DNA of 64,000 nt. Origin: a virus. Shown one piece after another: positions 9,277 to 19,930 of this stretch. Each line of letters opens with the position of its first letter. Positions within the stretch are counted from its first letter, which is position 1. The position numbers were made by a program, and so were the translations under genes. The notes beneath the pieces are model-generated. The model saw only the letters and a list, made by a program, of their open reading frames with translations. It did not search any database and had not been told where the DNA came from. The stretch lies in the IMG/VR virus record IMGVR_UViG_3300035670_000068, positions 1 through 64,000 of that record; one strand, written 5' to 3'.

Positions 9277-12200
9277 CCCGAGACCCCGGCGACATAGTTG
9301 TCACTCTGCAGGTCTCCGACAATGGCGTTTTGGATCACCACCCTGTTCTTCGCGGCGTCAACGGTGAAGACCGGGATTGTGTTGGTCGTACCAGGCTTCA
9401 CCACCTTGAACCGATCCGCGACGATAGAGAACTCGCTCGCCACACCACCACCAGAAGAGTTTGTAGTAGCCAGTCCAAAGCCAACCACATGACCGTTACT
9501 GTTGATCTTGACGGTGTACTGCGCCTTCAAGCCGTCGATGGAAGTCATCGCCTGGCTGATCGAGGTGGTGTTCTCGCCAACTGTCGAGCTGACGGTATCG
9601 ATCCGGCTACTCAGCGCACTGTCGGCGTTCGCCCGAGCCTGAGACTCGCTGGTGATCTTGCCTTCTGCCGTGCCGACTCTCGAAGTAAGAGTAGTCAGCT
9701 GGCCAGAAAGAGCGGTGTCAGCGTTCGCTCGCGCTACAGCCTCATTGGTGATCGCCGACTGAATGTCGTTGTTCACCTTCGCGCTCAGGGAAGTCACCTG
9801 GGCAGCAATGGCCGAGTCTGCGTCAGCTCGCGCAATCTGCTCTTCCCGCAGGGCTGCAGCGATATCGTCGTTGACCTGGGCGCTCAGCGTCGTGATCTGG
9901 GCGCTCAGCGCGCTATCAGCGTTCGCTCTGGTTTGACTCTCTACCCGCAGCTGGGCAGCGATATCGTCGTTCACGCGAGCTTCCAACTCGGTCAGCATCG
10001 TCGCGATGGCCTGGTCCTCAGTGACCAGAGTTGCGACTTCTTGGCGAACGAACGCCTCTACGCCGGCGATGGCTTCCTTGCGCTGGAAGATTTCCATCTT
10101 GTTCGAGTCGGTGACGTTCTCGACCTTCGCAGCCAGCTGGCTGACAATGGCAGAGATATCCTCCAGACCAGACTCTTTCGTGACCTCGCTTTGCAGCTGG
10201 TCATCCAGATCGGTCAGGCCGATACCGCCAGGGAACAAGTCGGAGATCGTGTCTGCAGGCAGGGTCTTGACCGACAAACCGTTAGTCGGGGCAAAGCCAG
10301 ACTTCTTGTCGTTGGCCAGGATGTTCACCGCTCTCACCCAATAGGTGTAGAAGGTGTCCGGGGCCAGACCGACGTGCGGATAGTGGTCGTTGCCGGTGAT
10401 CGCCAGCAGGGTCGCATCGTTGATGTTGGCGTTTTCGCCAGGCGCTGCCCACACCTCGTAGCGATAGACGTTCTTGTTCGCCGCCCAGGAGTCGATGTTG
10501 CCCCACTTGATCTCAATGAGGTTCTTGCGCGGCTCGGCTCGAATGTCTTCCGGGGCACCAGGTTGCGTCGGAGCACCCGGCAGCACTTCCTTGACGTGGG
10601 TAGCTACAGAGTCGAAGGTCGGCTTGTTGCCCTGGATGTTCACCGGGACGATCTTAACCCGCAGGTTGCCAGACGAAAGCTCGACCTTCGAGCTGGACGC
10701 TGCAGCCTCGTAGAGTCTCCAGGGCTCGCTGTCGATGGAAACGTGGACTTCGCCGTACAGGTAGTTCGGACTCGAGTGTTCCCAGGAGAACTCAACTTCC
10801 GACTTGTACAGGCCTCCAGACAGGTATCGACGTTCCTGGAAGCCTCGGAAGGTCACGTTGCTCAGGACTGGTACAGTCGGAACCGGGGTTGGCTTGAACT
10901 CGACAACCTCGTCGTCGTAGGCCTCGTCCGAATACTCGATTGCGATGATCTTGCGCCAAATGTCGGTCGAGCCGCTGCTGATCGCGTTTACCGAGAAGAG
11001 CCCAACCACGTTTTCAGATACGCCGAATGCCCAGGGCGTTTCTTCTCGCGGTGCGATTTTCAGCGGCGCAGCCAGGTTCAGCTCTGTGTACTCGACAGAG
11101 GTGTCCGAAGGCATGACCACGTTGACGGTCTCGATCACGTCGGTGTCGACCAGCTGGATCGTGTCGCCGATCTTCATGCCTACGGCCGAGTCAACCAGAA
11201 CGCCGTGTCTGCCGAACTGGTCGATCACCGGCTCCAGGACAGCAACGTCCTTACCGCTCGGCACATGGATCAGGCGACGGTAACGATCGATCGATCTCGC
11301 GTTGAAGCCGAAGCTCAGGAACAGGGTGTTGCCCAGAATCGCGTCGATCTCTGCTGTCCACTGGACAACCTTGTCGTGACGGATCATGACGACGTGCTGG
11401 GTGCCGATCTCGAACTTGACCGGCCTGTCCAGCTTGACCTTCGTTTTGGTGGAGCCGGATGCCAGAGCACCGCCCATCCCCCACTTCGCCATATCGTGCT
11501 GAACGGCGATCACGTCGCCGAGCGTACAGGCGATGGAGTCCAGCGGGACTTCGAAGTTGATGGTCTTGAGCAGGACGTTCATGTTCATCGCCAGGGTCGC
11601 TTCCCTGGTGGCCTGCTCCAGATTGTCCACCCCGTACAGCGTCATTTCAGTCGGCTTTGGATGGTCGCCGCGAGCGCGAGCGCGAGGACTGTGAACGGTC
11701 ACAGTCTTCTGCTTGCCGAAGTCGTTCCTGTCGAAGTAGGTCACAGTCACTTCGTTGGCGCGCTCGTCTGCCGGCAGCCAATCGATGTTCATTGAGTCCT
11801 TCTTTACGCTGCTCATGGTGAACAGCTGAACAGGCTTACGCTTGCCTACGATGGAGACCTGAAACTTGGTGCCGGAACGAACAGGCATACCGCGACCGGC
11901 CTTGAAGATCGGCAGCAGAGCGTCCCAGAGGTTCGTTTTCTGGTCGATCACGCCGTTGAACTTGAGACCGTTGGCCTCGCAGTATTCGGCCCATTGGCGG
12001 AAGTAGCTGAGCTTGATTCGCTCCATGCGAATGCCGCCGCCGTAGCGGGTGTTCGTCATCGCATCGACAACGATCCAGGCCGGGTTGTCGGTCCACCGCT
12101 CGACGTAGTTGCCTGTCGCAGCGTCCCACACTCGAACCTTCCGGCCCTTCACTCGGTAGGTGACTTTCGGGATTCCGTTCAGCTGGTCGGACAGCTTGAT

Positions 12201-13379
12201 TCGCAGACCCAGGAGCGCGGTGTAGCGATACTGGATATCGTCGAACAGAATCTCGTTCACGTCGGTCAAGGTGATCGAGTTGGCGGTCTTTTCGCTCTCG
12301 TCATCTTCCGTATGGGTTAGGCGGATTTCGTAGCGCTTGGACTTGTTCAGGGTCGTCGAGTAGTACGACTTCCGCATCGGGGACATGGATTTGCCTTCGA
12401 TGCGAATCTCAGAGCTGCTGCCGTTGAAGGGCAGCCAGGCGCTAGTCCCCTGCTCTCTGATCTCGGCTCTGAAAGCAGTGGAAGTCCCTCTCATGCCGTC
12501 TTCGTCGTCAAGGTAGCTCAGGCCTTTCGGCAGGACGATATCGATCCGCAGACGGTCAACCGGGTCGGTGATCGTGTGAAGAGTCCAGACGCCGGACTTC
12601 AAGTTCACATTGCGGTTGATCGGCTTGATGATGTCGTTGAAGTACGGGATGACTTCCTGATCTTTTGCGCCAAATCGCTTGAAGATTTCGATCTCGGAGA
12701 AGTTCGAGAGCGGCTGGTCGTTCACATGGATATCGGTAATGTCCTCGATTGGACCCTCACCGACGTTCAGCAGCATGTGCAGGTACTGAGTGTCGTCCGA
12801 GTTTTCGACGTAAGTCTGGACGAAGTTGCCCGCAAACCAGGACTCGCCGTACACAACAGGCACGGGCACGTTCTTGGTAGAGAGGTTCTTCGGTCCATCG
12901 ATCCCGTAGGTGGGACTGCTATTAAACCCACTACCTGAGCCTGGCATCTGCGGCTTCGGCGGGGGCAGGATCGCGTTCACCAGCATAGTGCCGCCGATCA
13001 TGACACCGGCAGTCACTACGGCTGCACCGACCGTACCGGCGCCGAACAGGGCCGCGCCAGCATAGGGTGCGAAAATCGCAATGGCGATCATTGCAACAAG
13101 GCGCATGATGGTTTTGCCGCTGCTCTCGCCACCACCACCCAGGAGGATCGGCGCAATGACGACGCAATCGCGCTCAGTCAGATAGGTCTTCGACCATTCC
13201 GACTTATGCACCATGCGGCCAGAAACCGAAACGGCCCACTCTCCATCGAGGGGGCCGAGATACTTGGCCAGGCTCTTGCGTGGCTTGTATTCGCGCTCAA
13301 CCAGGTTGCGGGACTCTGCGGGAGTCAGCGGGTTGGCGATGTAGAGGAAAGTGACCTTACCCTTCTCGATGACCGACAT
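9258..13379 (-). CDS. Central tail tip / host-specificity protein J (lambda I-J-like fusion)
   Basis: VPVVYGE, GEGPI, DNPAW, FN3-like region, coiled coil, DUF1983-like AQYTVKI..GFGL..F.I.ADRF; start chosen at MSVIEK. Confidence 0.9.
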   Translation of the reverse strand: MSVIEKGKVTFLYIANPLTPAESRNLVEREYKPRKSLAKYLGPLDGEWAVSVSGRMVHKSEWSKTYLTERDCVVIAPILLGGGGESSGKTIMRLVAMIAIAIFAPYAGAALFGAGTVGAAVVTAGVMIGGTMLVNAILPPPKPQMPGSGSGFNSSPTYGIDGPKNLSTKNVPVPVVYGESWFAGNFVQTYVENSDDTQYLHMLLNVGEGPIEDITDIHVNDQPLSNFSEIEIFKRFGAKDQEVIPYFNDIIKPINRNVNLKSGVWTLHTITDPVDRLRIDIVLPKGLSYLDDEDGMRGTSTAFRAEIREQGTSAWLPFNGSSSEIRIEGKSMSPMRKSYYSTTLNKSKRYEIRLTHTEDDESEKTANSITLTDVNEILFDDIQYRYTALLGLRIKLSDQLNGIPKVTYRVKGRKVRVWDAATGNYVERWTDNPAWIVVDAMTNTRYGGGIRMERIKLSYFRQWAEYCEANGLKFNGVIDQKTNLWDALLPIFKAGRGMPVRSGTKFQVSIVGKRKPVQLFTMSSVKKDSMNIDWLPADERANEVTVTYFDRNDFGKQKTVTVHSPRARARGDHPKPTEMTLYGVDNLEQATREATLAMNMNVLLKTINFEVPLDSIACTLGDVIAVQHDMAKWGMGGALASGSTKTKVKLDRPVKFEIGTQHVVMIRHDKVVQWTAEIDAILGNTLFLSFGFNARSIDRYRRLIHVPSGKDVAVLEPVIDQFGRHGVLVDSAVGMKIGDTIQLVDTDVIETVNVVMPSDTSVEYTELNLAAPLKIAPREETPWAFGVSENVVGLFSVNAISSGSTDIWRKIIAIEYSDEAYDDEVVEFKPTPVPTVPVLSNVTFRGFQERRYLSGGLYKSEVEFSWEHSSPNYLYGEVHVSIDSEPWRLYEAAASSSKVELSSGNLRVKIVPVNIQGNKPTFDSVATHVKEVLPGAPTQPGAPEDIRAEPRKNLIEIKWGNIDSWAANKNVYRYEVWAAPGENANINDATLLAITGNDHYPHVGLAPDTFYTYWVRAVNILANDKKSGFAPTNGLSVKTLPADTISDLFPGGIGLTDLDDQLQSEVTKESGLEDISAIVSQLAAKVENVTDSNKMEIFQRKEAIAGVEAFVRQEVATLVTEDQAIATMLTELEARVNDDIAAQLRVESQTRANADSALSAQITTLSAQVNDDIAAALREEQIARADADSAIAAQVTSLSAKVNNDIQSAITNEAVARANADTALSGQLTTLTSRVGTAEGKITSESQARANADSALSSRIDTVSSTVGENTTSISQAMTSIDGLKAQYTVKINSNGHVVGFGLATTNSSGGGVASEFSIVADRFKVVKPGTTNTIPVFTVDAAKNRVVIQNAIVGDLQSDNYVAGVSGWIIKK

Positions 13380-13743
13380 ATCGGTAGAAGCCCTCGATGC
13401 GTTTTTGCCAGTCTTCGAGTCTTTCAACGACGACGCCGCCACTGCCTTCCCAGGCATGAATGAAGGTGTAATCGTCTAGCACAACGCCGACGTGGCACGG
13501 ATACTTGTAAATGCGGATCAGGACTACGCAGCCGGGATGCGGATCGCATCGCTCCCACTCGTCCATCTGGCAAGCCATCAGAGCGTGATTCACGTCCAGG
13601 CTTTCGGAGAACTGGCGAACCGGGTAGTTGGCCCCGCTTCTGCGGCCCATTTCCACCACCACGCCATAGCAATCGAGGCCGCCGTCTTCGAGACTGCGGC
13701 CCCCGTATTTGAAGGGCTTACCCAGCAGGTCGATGTAGTCCAT
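13357..13743 (-). CDS. NlpC/P60 tail tip protein (lambda K-like)
   Basis: GKPFKYGGR..LDCYG..HVGVV..FIHA. Confidence 0.85.
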   Translation of the reverse strand: MDYIDLLGKPFKYGGRSLEDGGLDCYGVVVEMGRRSGANYPVRQFSESLDVNHALMACQMDEWERCDPHPGCVVLIRIYKYPCHVGVVLDDYTFIHAWEGSGGVVVERLEDWQKRIEGFYRYVGHREG

Positions 13744-14369
13744 CAACCCCTCACAATGATGCCTGGATAGCCACCGAAGTTTTTCGAGTTCCACTTTGCC
13801 CTGCAGCCGTTCGGCCCGTTCAGGGTCAGATCGCAGGTGCCGGCAGGGCCGGTATATCCGCAGTTCTGGTCCTTGAAGCGGAAGCCGCACTGCTCGTCCT
13901 CCTGGCGCCTGGCCGGGAAAATCTGACGAAGCGGGTTTTCTGCCCCCAATGTCCAGCTAACCACATAGTTCGAGACGCCCGAACTGATGACCTGGAAATA
14001 CTCGGTGAGCTCCGGGTCGGCTTCGGTGTCAGTTGCGGTGGTAGCACGCACGATGATCAGGTCAACGTCGAATCCGACGCCGCCGCCGTATCGCTGCATG
14101 TAGGACTGGACGATCTGGGTCTGGTCCTGGATCGTGATAGTGAGGGTGGGAAGCTCGTTCGCCTTCTCGTTGATCGAGATCGAGAACGGGAAAGGCTCGT
14201 AGTCTTCGCCCTGGATCGAGGTGATCTCGGTGTTGTTCACAACACGGATTACCTCAACCACAGAGTTGGTCTCGGGGTCACGGACATGAATCTTGAGCGC
14301 GATCAGCCAGGCCTCGTCCGACTGGATTTGGTTCTTGGCGATGATCGATGCAATCGAGAGGTTCTTCAT
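13743..14369 (-). CDS. Minor tail protein L-like (hub)
   Basis: C-terminal Cys cluster C..F...CGY.G...CD.TL..C and FGGYPG. Confidence 0.8.
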   Translation of the reverse strand: MKNLSIASIIAKNQIQSDEAWLIALKIHVRDPETNSVVEVIRVVNNTEITSIQGEDYEPFPFSISINEKANELPTLTITIQDQTQIVQSYMQRYGGGVGFDVDLIIVRATTATDTEADPELTEYFQVISSGVSNYVVSWTLGAENPLRQIFPARRQEDEQCGFRFKDQNCGYTGPAGTCDLTLNGPNGCRAKWNSKNFGGYPGIIVRG

Positions 14370-14408
14370 GGCCTGCTCAAGTAACTAACTTGGTAGTTAT
14401 TTTACAGG

Positions 14409-14777
14409 TTAAACCTCAATCAGTTCAATGTCGGTGATGTTCCACAGACGGGTCGGCCCCATGCCCTTATACTTTGCGGTGAAATTCTTGTTGAACCTGA
14501 CCTCGTGGGTAGTCCCAGTCGCCGGGTTCGTGTAACCGAACTTCGAGTAGGTGCCGACAAGTTCGTAGAAGGCCTCCAGGATGTTCATCTGATCCTGAGT
14601 GATCATCGTGAAGCCCGTCTTGAACGTCTTTCTCGGCCGCCTGGTGTGGCGAGGTCTGACGTGAACATAGCCGCCGTCAGCCTCACCCTTTAGACCCTTG
14701 TCCTCATACTCGATGCCGAAGTATTGAGAGTCCTGGATTTCCGCCAGGACACTCGGGAAGTTAATGCTTGTAGCCAT
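14409..14777 (-). CDS. Distal tail protein (lambda M-like)
   Basis: Small beta-rich ORF directly after TMP. Confidence 0.7.
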   Translation of the reverse strand: MATSINFPSVLAEIQDSQYFGIEYEDKGLKGEADGGYVHVRPRHTRRPRKTFKTGFTMITQDQMNILEAFYELVGTYSKFGYTNPATGTTHEVRFNKNFTAKYKGMGPTRLWNITDIELIEV

Positions 14778-17700
14778 TACGCTGCACCTTTCACTGCGTC
14801 ACGGAGGGCGCCTGGGCGGTTGACCGCTTTCAGCACCACGTCCACGACAAACTGTTCACCGTCGAAGGATTGGCCAGTCTGTTCACCGTTCATCTGAGTG
14901 CCGGACTGGTTGATCACGTTCACCGAAACTCTCGGCTGTTGAGCCGGCTGCTGACCGCCACCTCCAGCCATCTGACCCTGGAGCGTTACCGGAATTGTTC
15001 TTCCGTCAGGTAGCGGAACGTAGGCCTCTGCCATAGAGCCCTCGCCGAACACAGCTACTTGCGGGGATCGCGCGATGCCGCCATTGGCGTATTCCTTTAG
15101 CTTGGCGTTGCCCCACTTGGTCATGATGCCGCCATTGGCATAAGGCTGAGCTGCTACCCAATTGGAGAAGTCGGTTCCGGTGTAGCCAGCCTGTGTTGCA
15201 CCAGCAGACATAGAACCGCTTGCTGCGCCCGCCCCGCTCCAAGCTCCGGCGATGGACGTTGCGATACCAGCAACGGCCTTTGCGACCTGAATCTTGATCA
15301 GCTCCTTCAGGACGTACTGCACGAAGTCGGCGATCTGAAACTTGCCCTCGATCAGACCATCTGCAACGGTGTCGGAGAAGCTGTCCATCGCGGAGCCCCA
15401 CAGGGACTTGTACTGCTCAGAAGCGTCCTGGTTCTCTCGAATCCACTTCTGCAGGCCGGACTCAGTGTCACGTTCGTGCTTGGCTCGCAGAGCCGAGATA
15501 TAGCTGTAGTAGGCGTTCCAATCAGCCTCGCTCACATCCTGCGCGCTTGCCAGCTCGGCGTAGTATTCCCGAGCCTGCTGCATCTGATACTCGAACTCCT
15601 GGTCGATCAGCTGACTCTGGGTCTTCATCGAGTCTTCGATTTCCTTGGTGCGAGCGTTCAGAGCTTTAGTAGCTCCGCTGATCGCAACACGGTCGATCTT
15701 CTCGTCCAGGTCTTCGATTACGGCTCTCGCCTCGTCGATCTTCGCAGAGAGCTCGGTTTCGCCCTGAGCGTTGGCAGTGGCTTGAGCTCGGGCCAGTTCT
15801 TCCTGAATACCGACGATCTCTTCGCGGTAGCGCTCAGCGTCAGCGCTCGCCTTGAGCCACTGGTTTTCGTTCTCGTTCTTGAGCTGCTTGCCGGTCAGCA
15901 CCTTCTCAATCTGGTTCACTCTGTCGAGAGATGCCTGATAGGAGTCGGTAGCTTCCTTGACAGCTTTGGTGGCCTTCTCCTGCTCCCAGCGCTGAGCCGC
16001 GAACTGTCGAGCCTTCTCGATCATGGCCGGGTCGGCGCTCTGACCCATTTCAGCCATGTTCTGCAGAACCTGTTCGAGCTGAGCCAGGTGCGGGTTCGCT
16101 TCTTCCGCAGTAGCGCCGGCCTTCGCGACGCTCAGAGACAGGCTGCTCATGAACTTGACGAGCGGGTTGAACTTGGCCGCCCCACCAGCAGCGCCAGCGC
16201 CCCCACCGACAATGGTGTCTTGCAGGTTGGTCTTCTGAATGCTGTTCAGGCTGTCGCGAGCTTCGTTCAGCTTGAGAGTGTACTCGTCAGCCTGCTTGGT
16301 CGCGGATGCCAGTCTCTCCCTCAAGCCCTGGCTTGCCGAGTCGCCGGCCAGCTTGATCGTCTGTTCAAGGCTGGCACGCTGCGCTTCGACTTTGCTCAAC
16401 GCTTCGGTGTACTGGTCAATCTGATCCTGAACGCCCAGACGGCCAAGCTGACCAAGACCATCAACATACTGTTCCTGGGTGATCTCGCCGCGCTCGCGCT
16501 GGTCAGCCAACTTCTTCTTGTTGATCTGGTACTGGCGAGTCAACTCGGCGACTTTCTTCTCTTCGGCCAGGATCGCGGCACGAGCTTCCCGCTCGCCGTA
16601 GATTTGAGCGAGCTCTTGCCTACCCTTAGAGATATCCTCGTCTACCTTGCGAATCTCTGCTTCGGCCTTAGCTTTGGCGGCTCGGTATTCGCGCACGTTC
16701 GCGAAGTCGCCCTGCATACCGATTGTGTAGTTGCCTCGACCGAATCGCTCTTCCAGCTTCTCCTGGAGAGATTTCTTGTGATCGAGCAGGGTTTGCAACT
16801 GAGCGTTGTTGGTCAGAGCGCCATTCAGAGACAGAACCTCGTCGCGAGTTTTGCGAACCTCGTCCTGATACTCCTTCCAGGCCAAGCCACCGGCAACAGC
16901 GGCCATAGTGACCATGCCAATTGGGCCTGTGATTACACCGAGAGCGCCGCCCAGAAGACCCAGACCGCCTCGCAGCAGAGTGGATTGGGTAGCTGCGCCG
17001 GCAATCGATTGAGCGGCCTGGGTGGTCGGGTTGGTGAAGTTCACCATCGACCGGCCTGTGGTGGCGAGCATAGCGCTCAGACCCATGCCAGCTTGTTGCG
17101 CGAGCGCGACCTTGCCTGCAAGCGAAGAGATACTGCCGGCCATCGCGTCGGTTACGCCCTTGATGACGCTGTAGCCCTTCACAGCGCCGTAGACGTACAG
17201 GAACGCCTTGCCCCACTCATACAGAGCTTCGCGATGCTCAACGATCCACTTCACGCCTTCCGCTGCGATCTTGACTAGCTCAGCTAGGGCGCGGCCGAAC
17301 TCTCTCGCGGAGTCGATCATTTCCGGGTCGGAGAGGATATCGTTCAAGCTATTCAGCTCGCCGGTTAGCGTGCTGAAATAGCCGCCCTCTTCGTAGCCGT
17401 CGTCGTTCAGGCCGCCGATGGCCAGAGCGAGGCGCTTGGTGGTGGTTTCGAACTGAGCGACAGCGCCGTTCCAGGTCTCTGTCATTGCTGCGGCGCGGCC
17501 TTTGAACGAGCGCTCAAGCTCGGCCATCATCGCTGCCAGAGCAGGCTCAGATTTTACCCGGCCCAGGCTGATTTGCTTCACCAGGTCGGAGTAGGTGGTG
17601 CCCAGCGCATCGGCCATTGCGTTGATGGCCACAGGAACGCTCTCGCCGAGCTGTTGACGCAGCTCTTCCATACTGACCACCCCTTTACCAGCCATTTGCT

Positions 17701-18235
17701 GAATAGCAACAGCGGCTCGTTGGAGGTTCTGGTCAGTGCCGCCGAACGCAGCAACAGAGTCGATCAGGGTGTTCAGGCTCTTTTCGGCAGGATCGAGGCC
17801 GGCGACGCGCAGCTTCACAAAGCTGTCAGTGATCGAGTTCAGGCTGAAAGGCGCAGTGGATGCGCGGTCGAGCAGACCCTGCACATCAGCAATCGCCTCT
17901 GCGGTTGCTTTGGTGCTATCGGTCTGCATCGAGAAGTTTTTCATCAGCTGGATCGAGCGTTCCATTTCGGCGTTGACCGAAACGATTGCCCGCTGCCAGC
18001 CAAATGCGGCGTCGGAGACGTTCTGAATTGCGGATCGAATCAGGGAAAGGACGATCACGCCGTCACGCAGGGCGCTTCCCCACGAACGGGTAGACCGCTC
18101 AGCTCTGCGAATGGCCTGATCTGCAGCGCCACTTCGCTGAATGAACTGAGCCAACTGGCCGTCAGCTCTCTTGAGGTTGAGCGTAAATTCGCTGCCATCG
18201 AGAGACAGCTCTACAACCAGTTGACCCAAGCTCAT
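14777..18235 (-). CDS. Tape measure protein
   Basis: 1152 aa, helical and Ala-rich; tape-measure motif QMAGKGVVSMEELRQQLGE; C-terminal ANGGI repeats. Confidence 0.92.
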   Translation of the reverse strand: MSLGQLVVELSLDGSEFTLNLKRADGQLAQFIQRSGAADQAIRRAERSTRSWGSALRDGVIVLSLIRSAIQNVSDAAFGWQRAIVSVNAEMERSIQLMKNFSMQTDSTKATAEAIADVQGLLDRASTAPFSLNSITDSFVKLRVAGLDPAEKSLNTLIDSVAAFGGTDQNLQRAAVAIQQMAGKGVVSMEELRQQLGESVPVAINAMADALGTTYSDLVKQISLGRVKSEPALAAMMAELERSFKGRAAAMTETWNGAVAQFETTTKRLALAIGGLNDDGYEEGGYFSTLTGELNSLNDILSDPEMIDSAREFGRALAELVKIAAEGVKWIVEHREALYEWGKAFLYVYGAVKGYSVIKGVTDAMAGSISSLAGKVALAQQAGMGLSAMLATTGRSMVNFTNPTTQAAQSIAGAATQSTLLRGGLGLLGGALGVITGPIGMVTMAAVAGGLAWKEYQDEVRKTRDEVLSLNGALTNNAQLQTLLDHKKSLQEKLEERFGRGNYTIGMQGDFANVREYRAAKAKAEAEIRKVDEDISKGRQELAQIYGEREARAAILAEEKKVAELTRQYQINKKKLADQRERGEITQEQYVDGLGQLGRLGVQDQIDQYTEALSKVEAQRASLEQTIKLAGDSASQGLRERLASATKQADEYTLKLNEARDSLNSIQKTNLQDTIVGGGAGAAGGAAKFNPLVKFMSSLSLSVAKAGATAEEANPHLAQLEQVLQNMAEMGQSADPAMIEKARQFAAQRWEQEKATKAVKEATDSYQASLDRVNQIEKVLTGKQLKNENENQWLKASADAERYREEIVGIQEELARAQATANAQGETELSAKIDEARAVIEDLDEKIDRVAISGATKALNARTKEIEDSMKTQSQLIDQEFEYQMQQAREYYAELASAQDVSEADWNAYYSYISALRAKHERDTESGLQKWIRENQDASEQYKSLWGSAMDSFSDTVADGLIEGKFQIADFVQYVLKELIKIQVAKAVAGIATSIAGAWSGAGAASGSMSAGATQAGYTGTDFSNWVAAQPYANGGIMTKWGNAKLKEYANGGIARSPQVAVFGEGSMAEAYVPLPDGRTIPVTLQGQMAGGGGQQPAQQPRVSVNVINQSGTQMNGEQTGQSFDGEQFVVDVVLKAVNRPGALRDAVKGAA

Positions 18236-18238
18236 TTA

Positions 18239-18580
18239 CTATCCACCTATCAAACTCAAGAACTTGTCTTTGGCGCCTGGTTCTGGAGCGACGTGGATGT
18301 TCCGTCGAAGCCTCGCCGTCTCACCGATCTCCAGGGTCAGGCGACCCACATACTCTTCAATCCGTCGAGACTGGTCGGTGGTCTGCGGAGGCGTGATCAT
18401 CGTCCCGCGCTGCACAGACCTGATTTCTTCCTCTGCTCTGATCCGCTCGATCTGCCGCTCCAACATCCAGAACCGGCGAGCTGGCATTGCCAGCACATGC
18501 GTGTCAGTCCATCCGTAGAAGCGGCAGAAGCGGGCGAACAGGAAGGCGAAATCGATTGCCTCGACGGCTGCTACTCCCCC
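18239..18580 (-). CDS. Tail assembly chaperone T segment (G-T fusion via -1 frameshift)
   Basis: G_GGG_GAG (18580-18574) before the G stop; -1 frame reads VAAVEAIDFAFLFARFCRFYGWT..MPARRFW. Confidence 0.7.
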   Translation of the reverse strand, partial: GGVAAVEAIDFAFLFARFCRFYGWTDTHVLAMPARRFWMLERQIERIRAEEEIRSVQRGTMITPPQTTDQSRRIEEYVGRLTLEIGETARLRRNIHVAPEPGAKDKFLSLIGG

Positions 18581-18930
18581 GATACGGGGGCAACGCTCTC
18601 CACTGCGCCGGTCTTGCCTTCGGCCTTCGCCTGGGCTTCGGCTTCGGCAGCCAGCTTGTTCGGGTCTTGGTTCACGAACTCGATCAGCGCGACCATCTGG
18701 CGCAGGCTCATGGAGCGAATCACCTCTTGCGGGGCGTCCGGGATCACGGCTTCGATGGTCTTCACCATCGAGTTCAGGAAGTCTTCTTCGGTCTGCACGC
18801 CGCCCTTACGAGTGATGGCGATGGACTCGATCATTTGGCCGACAGAGCGATCCACGACCGGGTAGCGCTTGCCGCGCAGGGTGACGAAGCGTTCCAGGGT
18901 GGTCAGTTCGTCCAGGTTCAGCAGTTCCAT
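18571..18930 (-). CDS. Tail assembly chaperone G
   Basis: Between tail tube and TMP; slippery 3' end. Confidence 0.75.
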   Translation of the reverse strand: MELLNLDELTTLERFVTLRGKRYPVVDRSVGQMIESIAITRKGGVQTEEDFLNSMVKTIEAVIPDAPQEVIRSMSLRQMVALIEFVNQDPNKLAAEAEAQAKAEGKTGAVESVAPVSGE

Positions 18931-19000
18931 TTCTTTCTCCTAAGCAGCAGCCCCGATGTGGGGCTGCTTATTGGGTGACACTAACTAAGTCGTTAGTGAG

Positions 19001-19543
19001 TTACGGGGTTGCTACGACGGCTTTGTCGCCGTAGATGAACAGCACGCCGGTGTCCGCGTCCGGGTAGCCCTTGAACTCGCAGTTGAATACGCGCTCTTGG
19101 TCGTACTTGTACGCGAAGTTCATGCCACCAGCGGTAGCGGCCAGCGGGATCACCAGGTCTTCGGACTTGTCCGACAGCGGCTTGGAGATCGGGTGCAGCA
19201 CCAGCTCCTTCGCACGCTCCAGCAGCGAGATACCAGTACCCGACTTCACTTCGACCTTCTTCTTCGGAGCAGAAGGGTTGGTGTTGTCGGTGATCAGGGT
19301 CGCGCCCGGAATCACGGCGGCCATGTTGTCCAGGGTGGTTTCGGCCAGCGGAGCCTTGACCACGATGTTACGACCCATGATGTACTCGTTCGCGACGGTA
19401 TCGCCGAACTGGTCCACTTTGGTTTCGTGAGTGGTAGTGGTCACTTCCACTTCCACACCGCCCATCGTGAAGCCCAGGTCAACGCCGTCGTACAGCAGGG
19501 TGCAAGTACCCATGCGGATATTTTCGGTGGAGTTGTTCGCCAT
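19001..19543 (-). CDS. Major tail tube protein
   Basis: DLGFTMGGVEV..LAETTLDN motifs and position. Confidence 0.8.
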   Translation of the reverse strand: MANNSTENIRMGTCTLLYDGVDLGFTMGGVEVEVTTTTHETKVDQFGDTVANEYIMGRNIVVKAPLAETTLDNMAAVIPGATLITDNTNPSAPKKKVEVKSGTGISLLERAKELVLHPISKPLSDKSEDLVIPLAATAGGMNFAYKYDQERVFNCEFKGYPDADTGVLFIYGDKAVVATP

Positions 19544-19549
19544 CTCCAA

Positions 19550-19930
19550 TTACTCCCAGTTGTCAGCAACGAATTGGTAATTGACAGAAGCCTCGTACTG
19601 GCCGCCGTCTGTTCGCGGAAACACAAGAGGCTCGTGTTTCGGGAGGATGAACTTGAACTTCACCCCGCCCAGCTCCGCTCCTTCAAGCCGCAACACTTTC
19701 TTGATCGCGGCGGCCCTGTCGTAAGCCTGAGCGCTTTTCATTGCTCGGCTCACGACCTGGAAGGTTCCTTTGTTGATCCCGGTGTACGGGTCGATATCGA
19801 TCATCACCCGAGCCAGAACAACGCTTCCCGAATCGATCTCTGCCGGCATGTAGCCGTAGAACAGATCGACCCCTTGAGTGCCCAGGCCCTGAGCCTGGAT
19901 GTAACCTGTGATCGCCTCCAGCAGCTTCAT
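19550..19930 (-). CDS. Tail terminator
   Basis: GTQGVDLFYGYMP; position before tail tube. Confidence 0.65.
   Translation of the reverse strand: MKLLEAITGYIQAQGLGTQGVDLFYGYMPAEIDSGSVVLARVMIDIDPYTGINKGTFQVVSRAMKSAQAYDRAAAIKKVLRLEGAELGGVKFKFILPKHEPLVFPRTDGGQYEASVNYQFVADNWE

Noticed and set aside
9330-11795. 821-aa plus-strand ORF, and similar long ORFs at 15476-17278, 22781-24859, 26350-27834 and minus 32568-33923
   Set aside because: Antisense shadows of well-supported genes (J, TMP, MCP/scaffold, TerL, helicase), expected from GC-rich codon bias; no motifs.
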